From positions 1 through 35,961 of the IMG/VR virus record IMGVR_UViG_3300020042_000895: DNA of 35,961 bases. One strand, 5' to 3'. The DNA is from a virus (taxonomy: Duplodnaviria > Caudoviricetes). Each line of letters begins with the position of its first letter. Positions within the stretch are counted from its first letter, which is position 1. The notes under the pieces are model-generated. The model had not been told where the DNA came from. It was given only the letters and a program-made list of their open reading frames with translations, and did no database searches. Shown piece by piece: positions 1-8,105 of the stretch. The position numbers and the translations under genes were made by a program.

Positions 1-2
1 CC

Positions 3-1790
3 GATGGTGAGTATGACGAGAGTTATAGCACTGATGGTTTGCCTGAATTGTACATAAGGAGCATTGTTAATGAAGCTGATGTTGTTGTTGGTCACAATAT
101 TAAGTTTGATCTGTTATATCTTTATCGTGGTACAAATGACATCCTGCCCCGCATATGGGACACTCAGCTTGCAGCATATATCTTGTCAGGACAGCGACAA
201 TTATATGCCTCGTTAGATGAGTTGACATTAGAATATGTAGGTAAAGATGCATTAAAAGACGATAAGGTAAAAGAATATTGGAAGAAAGGAATAGACACTA
301 CAGAGATACCTAGAGAAGAACTAATGCCGTATTTACGTGGCGATGTATGTAATACGGAAAAGATATTCGAAGCACAGTTTAAAGAAGCAGAAGACTTAGG
401 TGTATTGCCTTTGATGTGGACACAAATGGATGCACTGAGAGCCACTATTGCTATGAACAAGAATGGTATGTGTATTGATTGGAGCTATGTTAAATCACAG
501 CGTGATTATTACGAAGCAGTGATAAGCAAAGCAGTTGAAGCATTGAATGGTTTAGCACCAGACTTAGAATATGCAAGCCCTAAGAAAGTGTCATTGTATT
601 TCTTTGGTGGTGAAGAGAAGACTAAGGAACGTGTTGACGATGGACTCTATAAGAATGGTAATCCTAAGACTAAACTTGTAGAGAAAATTATTGTACATGC
701 ACCTAAGTATGCACCTATGGCAGAAGTTGGTAAGTCTGGATACTTTAGTGTTGATGATGCAATACTTACAAAACTTGTAGATTGTGGTGATGAAGTTGCC
801 GAATTGTTACTAGTAATACGCAGTGCAAGTAAGATAAAGGAAACATATTACGAAGGTTTGCTAGGTCTTAGATTCCCTAGTGATATGATATATCCTAATC
901 TTAATCATTGCGCTACTAAGACAGGTAGACTATCTGGTACTAATCCTAATCTGCAGAATCAAACAGATGAAGGTGGTGTTAAGAAAGCCTACATCAGTAG
1001 ATTTGGTGAGGATGGTAGGATACTAGAGCTTGACTACTCACAGTTGGAGATGGTTGCACTAGCATACATAGCTAATGATAAGCAGTTGATTGAAGACATT
1101 AATGCAGGTCGTGACATGCATAAAGAACTATATAGGGAAATGTATGGTAGATATCCTACTGATAAAGAACGGAAACCATTTAAACGATTTAGCTTCCTCC
1201 TTGTGTACGGAGGTGGAGTTGCTACACTTATGGCGCAAAGCGGTTGTGATAGAGCTACAGCTAAGAAATTTATTGACACATTCTACAGCAGATATAAAGG
1301 AGTGAAACAATACCATGAAGACATAACTAAACAAGCAGAGAAGAATGCTATTGTAAGATACAGCGAAGATAAACCTAATCCTGAATATATCTATTATCAT
1401 GCAAGCCCTACAGGTAGACATTATGTATTTAATAAATATCCTAATGAATATAAGGGAGGTTTATCATTCTCTCCTACCGAACTTAAGAACTGGCCTATTC
1501 AAGGATTTGCTACTGGTGATATTGTTCCTATGTCTGTTGGGTTATTACAACGAGCGTTAGAAGAAGCAGGTGTTAGTGATAAAGCGTTATTAGTAATGAC
1601 TGTGCATGATAGTGTTGTACTTGACGTACATGAAAGTATGTTGTATGATGCTGCTGTAATTGCTAAAAACGTATTAGAAGCAGCACCAGATAACCTAAAG
1701 AAAATATTTAATATAGATTTTCCATGTAAGTTATCTGTAGGTGTAGAATCAGGAAGTAACTGGCAAGAAAAATATGAACTAACTATATGA
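3..1790 (+). CDS. polA: Family A DNA polymerase with 3'-5' exonuclease (5' end outside the window)
   Basis: ExoII GHNIKFD, ExoIII YLRGD, TKTGRLS..NPNLQN, motif A DYSQLE, motif B RKPFKRFSFLLVYG and motif C VHDS. The frame is open back to position 3 and ExoI is missing, so the gene starts upstream. Confidence 0.97.
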   Translation, partial: DGEYDESYSTDGLPELYIRSIVNEADVVVGHNIKFDLLYLYRGTNDILPRIWDTQLAAYILSGQRQLYASLDELTLEYVGKDALKDDKVKEYWKKGIDTTEIPREELMPYLRGDVCNTEKIFEAQFKEAEDLGVLPLMWTQMDALRATIAMNKNGMCIDWSYVKSQRDYYEAVISKAVEALNGLAPDLEYASPKKVSLYFFGGEEKTKERVDDGLYKNGNPKTKLVEKIIVHAPKYAPMAEVGKSGYFSVDDAILTKLVDCGDEVAELLLVIRSASKIKETYYEGLLGLRFPSDMIYPNLNHCATKTGRLSGTNPNLQNQTDEGGVKKAYISRFGEDGRILELDYSQLEMVALAYIANDKQLIEDINAGRDMHKELYREMYGRYPTDKERKPFKRFSFLLVYGGGVATLMAQSGCDRATAKKFIDTFYSRYKGVKQYHEDITKQAEKNAIVRYSEDKPNPEYIYYHASPTGRHYVFNKYPNEYKGGLSFSPTELKNWPIQGFATGDIVPMSVGLLQRALEEAGVSDKALLVMTVHDSVVLDVHESMLYDAAVIAKNVLEAAPDNLKKIFNIDFPCKLSVGVESGSNWQEKYELTI

Positions 1791-1797
1791 GGATATT

Positions 1798-2295
1798 ATG
1801 TATATAATTGAAAACATTACTACCAAAGATGTTAATACTAAATTTGGTCCGAAACCTGCTTATACCATTATGGCTAACGGTGAGCGTTTCTCTTACGGCT
1901 TTAAGAAACCTACATTCGCTATTGGTGACGAGATTGATTTCCAATTCACTGAGAGCACATACGGTAAGCAAGTAGACCCAGTGTCAGTGCGTATGATTAA
2001 GAAAGGTACTGGAGTAGCAGCAGCACCTGCAGCTAGTGCAGCACCAACCAAGTCTTACATACCACCTACTAAAGTGTTTCCTATTCCACCGTTACATGGT
2101 GATCGTGCAATTGTACGTCAGAACTCTATCACTAACGCTACTAAGCTAGTTGCAGATATGCAAGCTAAGTCTAAGTCAGAGATTGATGTAACTGTATTAG
2201 CTAACACCATTATAGAAGTTGCTAAGATGTTTGAAGCATATAGCTGTGGTGACAATGATGCTATGGCAGCAGAACTAATGGCTTCAGGAGAGTAA
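1798..2295 (+). CDS. Putative single-stranded DNA-binding protein
   Basis: Beta-rich aromatic N-terminal domain (OB-fold-like) and an Ala/Pro linker. It lies between the polymerase and nuclease genes and has a GAGGA RBS. The function is inferred. Confidence 0.5.
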   Translation: MYIIENITTKDVNTKFGPKPAYTIMANGERFSYGFKKPTFAIGDEIDFQFTESTYGKQVDPVSVRMIKKGTGVAAAPAASAAPTKSYIPPTKVFPIPPLHGDRAIVRQNSITNATKLVADMQAKSKSEIDVTVLANTIIEVAKMFEAYSCGDNDAMAAELMASGE

Positions 2296-2296
2296 A

Positions 2297-3124
2297 TTGA
2301 AAACTATCGACACATTAGTGTCTGATATGTACAAGCTTGTAGAGGGGGGATTAGCCCCTTCTACGGCTAACAATCAGGTACAAGTAGACTATAGCAAGTG
2401 GTTTAAGACAGAGCCTAAGATCAGAGAAGAGAAAGTATTATACTTCAGTGAGATAGGCACACCATGTCAGCGTAAACTGTGGTTTAACTACAATCAGCCT
2501 GATGTGTCAGCTAAGTATGATGGTAATACATTATTAAAATTCTTCTATGGAGATATCTTAGAAGAGCTTGCATTGAATGTAGCAGCAGATGCAGGTCATA
2601 GCGTTACTAGTAAGCAGGAACGTGCAATATACGAGATTGGTGATGGTTGGATTGTTCGAGGGAAGATAGACGCTATCATAGATGGTGTTGTAGTTGACGT
2701 TAAAAGCGTCACTAAATATTCTGAAGAAAAATTTAAGCATGGATTAGTTGATGATCCATTTGGTTACTATCAACAATTAAACGGATATGCTACTGCTCTT
2801 AATCATAACTCTGCTGCTTTTCTTACTATTCAAAAAGAACTAGGACATGTAAATGTTTATCCTATAGAAGTTAATAAGTCTTTATTCAAGATGCAAGCTG
2901 AACAAGCTGTTGAAACAGTTAGTGAACCTGATGTAACTAGTATTAAACGCTTAGATGTAGTGCCTCAAAGTAAGACAAGTAAGAATACTAAGTTGTGTAC
3001 AACATGTGGCTATTGTGCATATAAGAAAGAATGCTTCCCTGAGATGCGTACATTCTTATATAGCAATGGTCCAGAATTCTTAGTTGATGTAGTAGATACA
3101 CCTAGAGTAACGGAGGTAGTATGA
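2297..3124 (+). CDS. Cas4-like / RecB-family PD-(D/E)XK exonuclease
   Basis: GKIDA...DVKS and QLNGY motifs. One N-terminal Cys (TPCQRK) plus a C-terminal CGYCAYKKEC form the Fe-S staple pattern. TTG start with a GGAG RBS. Confidence 0.88.
   Translation: MKTIDTLVSDMYKLVEGGLAPSTANNQVQVDYSKWFKTEPKIREEKVLYFSEIGTPCQRKLWFNYNQPDVSAKYDGNTLLKFFYGDILEELALNVAADAGHSVTSKQERAIYEIGDGWIVRGKIDAIIDGVVVDVKSVTKYSEEKFKHGLVDDPFGYYQQLNGYATALNHNSAAFLTIQKELGHVNVYPIEVNKSLFKMQAEQAVETVSEPDVTSIKRLDVVPQSKTSKNTKLCTTCGYCAYKKECFPEMRTFLYSNGPEFLVDVVDTPRVTEVV
2339..2364 (+). promoter_or_regulatory. Intragenic RNA stem-loop (10-bp stem, no U tract)
   Basis: GTAGAGGGGG-GATTAG-CCCCTTCTAC, with one G-U pair. Confidence 0.55.
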
Positions 3125-3888
3125 GAATACTAGTAATACCTGATTGTCAGGTTAAAGCAGGTGTGCCATTAGAACACTTAACATGGGCAGGTAAAGCTAT
3201 AGCAGACTATCAACCCGATGTAGTTATGAACATGGGTGACTTTGCAGACATGCCTAGTCTATCAACGCATGACATTAAAGGGAGTAAATACTTTGAAGGA
3301 CTACGTTATAAGACTGATATTGACGTTACAAAGCAAGCTATGGATATTTTGTTGTCTCCTCTTAGAGAACTTCAAGCCAAGCAAAAACGAAATAAAGAGA
3401 AACAATATCGACCACGGATGGTGATGCTGTTAGGTAATCATGAGAATCGTATTAACAGAGCAGTAAATAACAATCCTACATTAGATGGTTTAATTAGTAC
3501 AAAGGACTTAGGCTATGAAAACGATTGGGAAGTACATGATTTTCTCCATCCTGTATTCATTAACGGTGTGGGGTTTAATCACTACTGGCCTGTTGGTGCT
3601 ATGGGGAGACCCGCTAGTAGTCCTGCTGCTATTATTAGTAAGCTGCATATGTCTTGTGTGGCAGGTCATCAGCAAGGAAAACAAGTGGCTTACGGTAAAC
3701 GTGCTGATGGGCAGTCTATATGTGCTATCATTAGTGGTAGCTATTATCTGCATGATGAGAGTTATATGGACCAATTAAGCAACAAGCATTGGAGAGGTTT
3801 AGTTGTTCTTAATGAAGTAGAGGATGGGCATTTTGATGAGATGTTTTTAAGTATTGAGTATTTGCGGAGGAAGTATGAAGTATCATGA
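3121..3888 (+). CDS. Calcineurin-like metallophosphoesterase
   Basis: Motifs PDCQ, MGDFAD, LGNHE, FNH and AGHQQ. Confidence 0.9.
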   Translation: MRILVIPDCQVKAGVPLEHLTWAGKAIADYQPDVVMNMGDFADMPSLSTHDIKGSKYFEGLRYKTDIDVTKQAMDILLSPLRELQAKQKRNKEKQYRPRMVMLLGNHENRINRAVNNNPTLDGLISTKDLGYENDWEVHDFLHPVFINGVGFNHYWPVGAMGRPASSPAAIISKLHMSCVAGHQQGKQVAYGKRADGQSICAIISGSYYLHDESYMDQLSNKHWRGLVVLNEVEDGHFDEMFLSIEYLRRKYEVS

Positions 3889-4126
3889 AAAGCTTATTGC
3901 AGTGACAGAGTTTGTACAAGAGAATTTTTGTGATGCTGCAGATTTAATTGATGTACTTGGGTTGTCAGTAGAAGATATAATGAAACTTCTACCTGATGTT
4001 TTAGTAGCTAACTATGATAAATTTTTTGAAGAAGATGACTATACTAAAGAAGAAACAAACGAAGGTTACGAAGAGTACATTAGAATTGGAGAAACGTGGC
4101 AAGGCGAGGAAGAGGGAGATTATTAA
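3875..4126 (+). CDS. Hypothetical acidic phage protein
   Basis: ATG at 3875 with GGAGG RBS; overlaps the end of the upstream gene. Confidence 0.75.
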   Translation: MKYHEKLIAVTEFVQENFCDAADLIDVLGLSVEDIMKLLPDVLVANYDKFFEEDDYTKEETNEGYEEYIRIGETWQGEEEGDY

Positions 4127-4205
4127 CCATATTCGTGATGTAGAATCAATTCAAGACATTAAACACTACGTACATAAAGGAGAAAATCATGCTAATAGAT
4201 ATTGA
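4035..4205 (+). CDS. Hypothetical basic protein (overlaps previous gene by 92 nt)
   Basis: ATG at 4035 after GAAGAAG. It fills the 4127-4188 gap and overlaps the next start. Confidence 0.5.
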   Translation: MTILKKKQTKVTKSTLELEKRGKARKREIINHIRDVESIQDIKHYVHKGENHANRY

Positions 4206-4410
4206 TATTGAAGACTTTGAAAAACTTATAGCACAAGAACTTACTACAGCTATTGGTTATTTTGAATCAGATATAGAATTGTACGAAAAAGAAGGGCGAA
4301 GTACAGGTATATTCAGCATAGATCAGGAAGAAGACCTACATCGGATTAAAAAGATGGTTAAAGCTATGAAACGTGTACGTTCTTGGTATAGCATTGACTA
4401 TGATAAATGA
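4189..4410 (+). CDS. Hypothetical protein
   Basis: Strong AAGGAG RBS; 73-aa ORF in the operon. Confidence 0.8.
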   Translation: MLIDIDIEDFEKLIAQELTTAIGYFESDIELYEKEGRSTGIFSIDQEEDLHRIKKMVKAMKRVRSWYSIDYDK

Positions 4411-4609
4411 TAAAATTATCCCTATGATAGAAGAAGCAGGTTTTTCACAAGAAGACGATGATATATTTATTTGTGGACTAGAACATATAAATAAATTATT
4501 AGCAGCAGAGCGTGAAGCATGTGCAGAGTTGTGTGAAAAATCAGATAGGTATCGTGGGGATTATTTTGCAGCACGTATAAGAGCAAGGGGAAAGGAAATT
4601 AACACATGA
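4400..4609 (+). CDS. Small phage protein of the AAEREACA...IRARG type
   Basis: The motif LAAEREACAELCE...AARIRARG is one I recall recurring in proteobacterial phages. The ATG at 4400 overlaps the previous gene. Confidence 0.7.
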   Translation: MINDKIIPMIEEAGFSQEDDDIFICGLEHINKLLAAEREACAELCEKSDRYRGDYFAARIRARGKEINT

Positions 4610-4821
4610 TTAGTGAAATTGACATTAGAGATTGGGAAATGCAACCTCTAACCAAACTCTATAACGTAGAAAACAACACTCCTATCAAGACAGAAGATGG
4701 TGAAATGTTGCTATTTCGACACATAGATGGGATGTATAGCTATTGTGTATCCTTAAATGGGGATGTAAACCACATAGCAGCATGGACAGAAGTATATCCC
4801 TTTAAACGCAATGAGAAATAG
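4606..4821 (+). CDS. Hypothetical protein
   Basis: AAGGA RBS and ATGA overlap; FRHIDGMYSYC core. Confidence 0.75.
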   Translation: MISEIDIRDWEMQPLTKLYNVENNTPIKTEDGEMLLFRHIDGMYSYCVSLNGDVNHIAAWTEVYPFKRNEK

Positions 4822-5185
4822 CGGTAAGTGGACAGAAGCGAGATACAGAGCATTTGTTGTAGGTGCTTTACGGTCTGCTACTAGACGCTATCCACCTAGA
4901 AATGCTGCTTTACAGAATGCTTACGTAGACAAACGTATTAGCAAACGAAGTGGTAGACTAGCAAAGCATTATAAATGTGCAAAATGTCGGAAGTTATTCA
5001 CAAGTACAGACGTTCAGATAGATCATATTGACCCTGTTGTAGACCCACAGCAGGGCTTTGTATCATGGGATGTTTATATAGCAAGAATGTATTGCGAAGA
5101 AGATAATTTTCAGGTATTATGTAAACCTTGTCATAAGATAAAAACTAAAGAAGAAAGGGAATCAAAATGTTCGGTGAAGACTTAG
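4811..5185 (+). CDS. HNH endonuclease with zinc finger
   Basis: CAKC...IDHIDP...NFQVLCKPCHKIKT. Confidence 0.92.
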   Translation: MRNSGKWTEARYRAFVVGALRSATRRYPPRNAALQNAYVDKRISKRSGRLAKHYKCAKCRKLFTSTDVQIDHIDPVVDPQQGFVSWDVYIARMYCEEDNFQVLCKPCHKIKTKEERESKCSVKT

Positions 5186-5373
5186 ACACAGCTTTAGAAG
5201 AAGCTTGGGTTTATAGTACAGTAAAAGATTTTGAATATATATTGTTAAATAAGCAATACGACTATATTGACTTCACAACAATACTAAGCAAAGCAGCACA
5301 AAAACAATTACTAGTAATACTTACAGAAGAGGTTAATGATGGAAAAGAAACCAAACCTAGCAATTGCATTTAG
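5167..5373 (+). CDS. Hypothetical protein
   Basis: AAGGGA RBS; overlaps both neighbours. Confidence 0.7.
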   Translation: MFGEDLDTALEEAWVYSTVKDFEYILLNKQYDYIDFTTILSKAAQKQLLVILTEEVNDGKETKPSNCI

Positions 5374-5494
5374 ATTTATATCAGGAGTTGTATTTGGATT
5401 TGAAGTAATGCCTTTTGAAGGTGTACATTTCCAATTACAGTTAGGTATCATAGAAATTGTTGTTTATAACCCCGAAATAATTGAGGACCTTTAA
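5336..5494 (+). CDS. Small hydrophobic beta-rich protein (52 aa; not in the ORF track)
   Basis: Manual translation gives MMEKKPNLAIAFRFISGVVFGFEVMPFEGVHFQLQLGIIEIVVYNPEIIEDL*. It has a GAGG RBS and a TAATG overlap with nrdJ. Confidence 0.7.
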   Translation: MMEKKPNLAIAFRFISGVVFGFEVMPFEGVHFQLQLGIIEIVVYNPEIIEDL

Positions 5495-7386
5495 TGGATA
5501 ATTACCAAACATTTATTGCAAAGAGTAGATATTCCCGTTTCTTAGATGGGAAGCAACGTAGAGAACATTGGAATGAGACAGTAGATCGTTACATGAGTTT
5601 CATGAAGAACAGTTTACAAGACAGTAAGAACTACATTATGCCAGAAGAATTGTACAAAGAGTTGCATAGTGCTATTCTTAATTTAGAAGTGATGCCTTCT
5701 ATGAGAGCTGTAATGACAGCAGGAGAAGCATTAGATCGTGATAACACTGCAGGATATAACTGTAGCTATTTGCCTGTAGATGACGTTAAAAGCTTTGATG
5801 AAGCTATGTACATCTTATTGTGCGGTACTGGTGTAGGATTTAGTGTGGAGAGTAAGTATGTTAATAAACTTCCAGATGTTCCTGTGCAGTTGTTTAATAG
5901 CGACACTACAATTGTCGTGCATGACTCAAAAGCAGGATGGGCTAAAGCATTACGTCAGCTTATTGCTTTGCTTTATAGTGGGGAACTTCCTAAGTGGGAT
6001 GTTAGTAAAGTACGTCCTGCAGGTGCAAGACTAAAGACTTTCGGTGGTAGAGCTAGTGGTCCTGCTCCATTAATTAGCTTGTTTGAATTCGTTACTAGTA
6101 AGTTTAAAGGTGCTGTTGGACGTAGACTAAATAGTTTAGAGTGCCATGATATTATGTGTAAGATTGGTGAAGTTGTTGTAGTAGGTGGTGTAAGACGTTC
6201 TGCTATGATATCTTTGTCTGATTTATCTGATGATAGGATGCGTCATGCTAAAGCCGGACAGTGGTGGGAAAGAGAAAGTCAACGAGCACTTGCAAACAAT
6301 AGCGCAAGCTATAATGAGCGACCCTCGGTTGGGGAATTTATGTCAGAGTGGTTATCATTGTATCAAAGCTACTCTGGAGAACGTGGCATATTCTCACGTG
6401 CGGCTGCTAAAGCTACAGTTGCGAAGCATGGACGAAGAGATAGTACATATGATTTTGGAACTAACCCATGCAGTGAAATTATATTACGTCCATATCAATT
6501 CTGTAACCTTACAGAGGTTGTCGCAAGAGAGGGAGATACAGTTGAATCCTTGCAAAATAAAGTGCGACTTGCCTCTATCTTGGGAACTTACCAATCTACT
6601 CTCACCAATTTTCCGTACCTCAGAAAAATCTGGCAAAAGAATACGGAGGAAGAGCGATTGTTAGGTGTAAGTATTACAGGTATTTTAGACTGTAAGTTGT
6701 TGAACGATGTTAATGACGATGGTCTGTCATCACGCTTAGAAAGCTTAAGAGACATAGCCATTCAAACTAATAAGGAGCTATCATATGCGTTACAAATTCC
6801 TCAGTCAGCCGCAATCACATGTGTCAAACCTTCTGGTACTGTTTCTCAGCTTGTGGATTCTGCCTCTGGTATCCATGCTAGGCATTCTCAGTATTATATT
6901 AGGCGTGTTAGGAACGATAACAAAGACCCTATCACAGACTTCCTTAAATCTTCTGGAGTACCTGCAGAAGCAGACGTAATGAAGCCTATGGACACTACAG
7001 TGTTCAGCTTTCCTATGAAAGCACCTGATGGTTGTATTACACGTGATGAATTAGATAGCTTTACACATTTAAAATTGTGGCTTGCTTATCAACGTCATTG
7101 GTGTGAACACAAACCGTCAATCACTGTATATGTTAAGGATCAAGATTGGCCTTCAGTAGGAGCTTGGGTATGGGAACACTTTGATGAAATGTCTGGTGTG
7201 TCATTCTTACCTTGGGATGGTGGTAGCTACAGACAAGCACCTTATGAAGAGATAACACATCTTGAATATGAAAACTTATTAGATAAAATGCCTAAGACAA
7301 TTGATTGGGAATCGTTTATCGAAACCAGTGATAATGTTGAAGGCGCACAGCAGCTTGCTTGTGTTTCTGGTGTTTGTGAAATCTGA
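5494..7386 (+). CDS. nrdJ: Class II adenosylcobalamin-dependent ribonucleotide reductase
   Basis: MPSMR, YNCSY, VVVGGVRRSA, catalytic TNPCSE, CVKPSGTVS and C-terminal LACVSGVCEI. No small (beta) subunit gene is present. Confidence 0.96.
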   Translation: MDNYQTFIAKSRYSRFLDGKQRREHWNETVDRYMSFMKNSLQDSKNYIMPEELYKELHSAILNLEVMPSMRAVMTAGEALDRDNTAGYNCSYLPVDDVKSFDEAMYILLCGTGVGFSVESKYVNKLPDVPVQLFNSDTTIVVHDSKAGWAKALRQLIALLYSGELPKWDVSKVRPAGARLKTFGGRASGPAPLISLFEFVTSKFKGAVGRRLNSLECHDIMCKIGEVVVVGGVRRSAMISLSDLSDDRMRHAKAGQWWERESQRALANNSASYNERPSVGEFMSEWLSLYQSYSGERGIFSRAAAKATVAKHGRRDSTYDFGTNPCSEIILRPYQFCNLTEVVAREGDTVESLQNKVRLASILGTYQSTLTNFPYLRKIWQKNTEEERLLGVSITGILDCKLLNDVNDDGLSSRLESLRDIAIQTNKELSYALQIPQSAAITCVKPSGTVSQLVDSASGIHARHSQYYIRRVRNDNKDPITDFLKSSGVPAEADVMKPMDTTVFSFPMKAPDGCITRDELDSFTHLKLWLAYQRHWCEHKPSITVYVKDQDWPSVGAWVWEHFDEMSGVSFLPWDGGSYRQAPYEEITHLEYENLLDKMPKTIDWESFIETSDNVEGAQQLACVSGVCEI

Positions 7387-7888
7387 TAAGATATTAATAG
7401 CAGAAGCAGTGGCAGGGAGTGAGGAAGCTTACTCTCTGCTTACTCGCAAATATTATAAACGCATATTGAATTTCTTACGTAAAAAGGTGTATAATTATGC
7501 TCTTGCTGAAGACCTAACACAAGATACATTTCTAAGTGCTTTCTCTAATTTAAAGCATTTTAGACATGAAAGTGAGTTGTATACATGGCTATGTAAGATA
7601 GGTATTAGGAAGGTATATAAGCTACGTAAAGACGTTTTTGGAGATGAGATAGAGTCCTACACAGACTACACTCCAGAACGTCACCTAGAGCTTAAGGAAG
7701 AGCTTTCACAGGCTACATCATTCTTAAAGAAGCTTCCTAAGATACAACAAGATGCTTTGTTGTATAGAGAGTTTGATGGAATGTCTTATAAGGAAATATG
7801 TAGCTTGTTAAGTTGTTCTAAAGGCTATGCTCAAAACCTTGTATCTAATGCTAAGAAGTCTCTAAGAAAGGATTTAAAAGATGACTAA
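7376..7888 (+). CDS. ECF-type (RpoE-like) sigma-70 factor
   Basis: Sigma2 region: SDKILIAEAVAGSEEAY...AEDLTQDTFLSAF...FRHESELYTWL. Linker: TPE. Sigma4 region: LPKIQQDALLYREFDGMSYKEI. The likely start is GTG 7376, overlapping the end of nrdJ. Confidence 0.9.
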   Translation: MKSDKILIAEAVAGSEEAYSLLTRKYYKRILNFLRKKVYNYALAEDLTQDTFLSAFSNLKHFRHESELYTWLCKIGIRKVYKLRKDVFGDEIESYTDYTPERHLELKEELSQATSFLKKLPKIQQDALLYREFDGMSYKEICSLLSCSKGYAQNLVSNAKKSLRKDLKDD

Positions 7889-8078
7889 AGACGCTTTTAC
7901 TGTAGGAAGAATTGTAGAGAATGAAGATGGTAGTGCAGATGTAGAGTTAAAAGATATTAGTCCTGAATTTATGCAGCTTATTATTCAGGTTGGTATGATA
8001 AAGATATTGGAAGATAGTTTAGAAAATGAGAAAAAAGCAAACAGATTACCGTCTCTTTTTAAACCCGTAGATAAATAA
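7881..8078 (+). CDS. Small phage protein (ENEDGSA type)
   Basis: AAGGA RBS; last gene of the + arm. Confidence 0.75.
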   Translation: MTKDAFTVGRIVENEDGSADVELKDISPEFMQLIIQVGMIKILEDSLENEKKANRLPSLFKPVDK

Positions 8079-8105
8079 TTTTTAAAGATGTTGGTTGTAA
8101 CCTCG

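Noticed and set aside
3-1790. Modified-base (e.g. Z-genome) polymerase or an intein
   Set aside because: The motifs look like an ordinary phage PolA with Phe at the 762-equivalent position. There is no insertion and no purZ or other base-modification gene in this window; the rest of the genome is unseen.
2297-3124. CRISPR-Cas locus
   Set aside because: The Cas4-like gene is solo. No cas1/cas2 and no repeat-spacer array were seen.
7881-8078. Anti-sigma factor downstream of the ECF sigma
   Set aside because: It has no ZAS (HxxxCxxC) motif or clear TM/periplasmic part and resembles a generic small phage protein. Adjacency is the only support.
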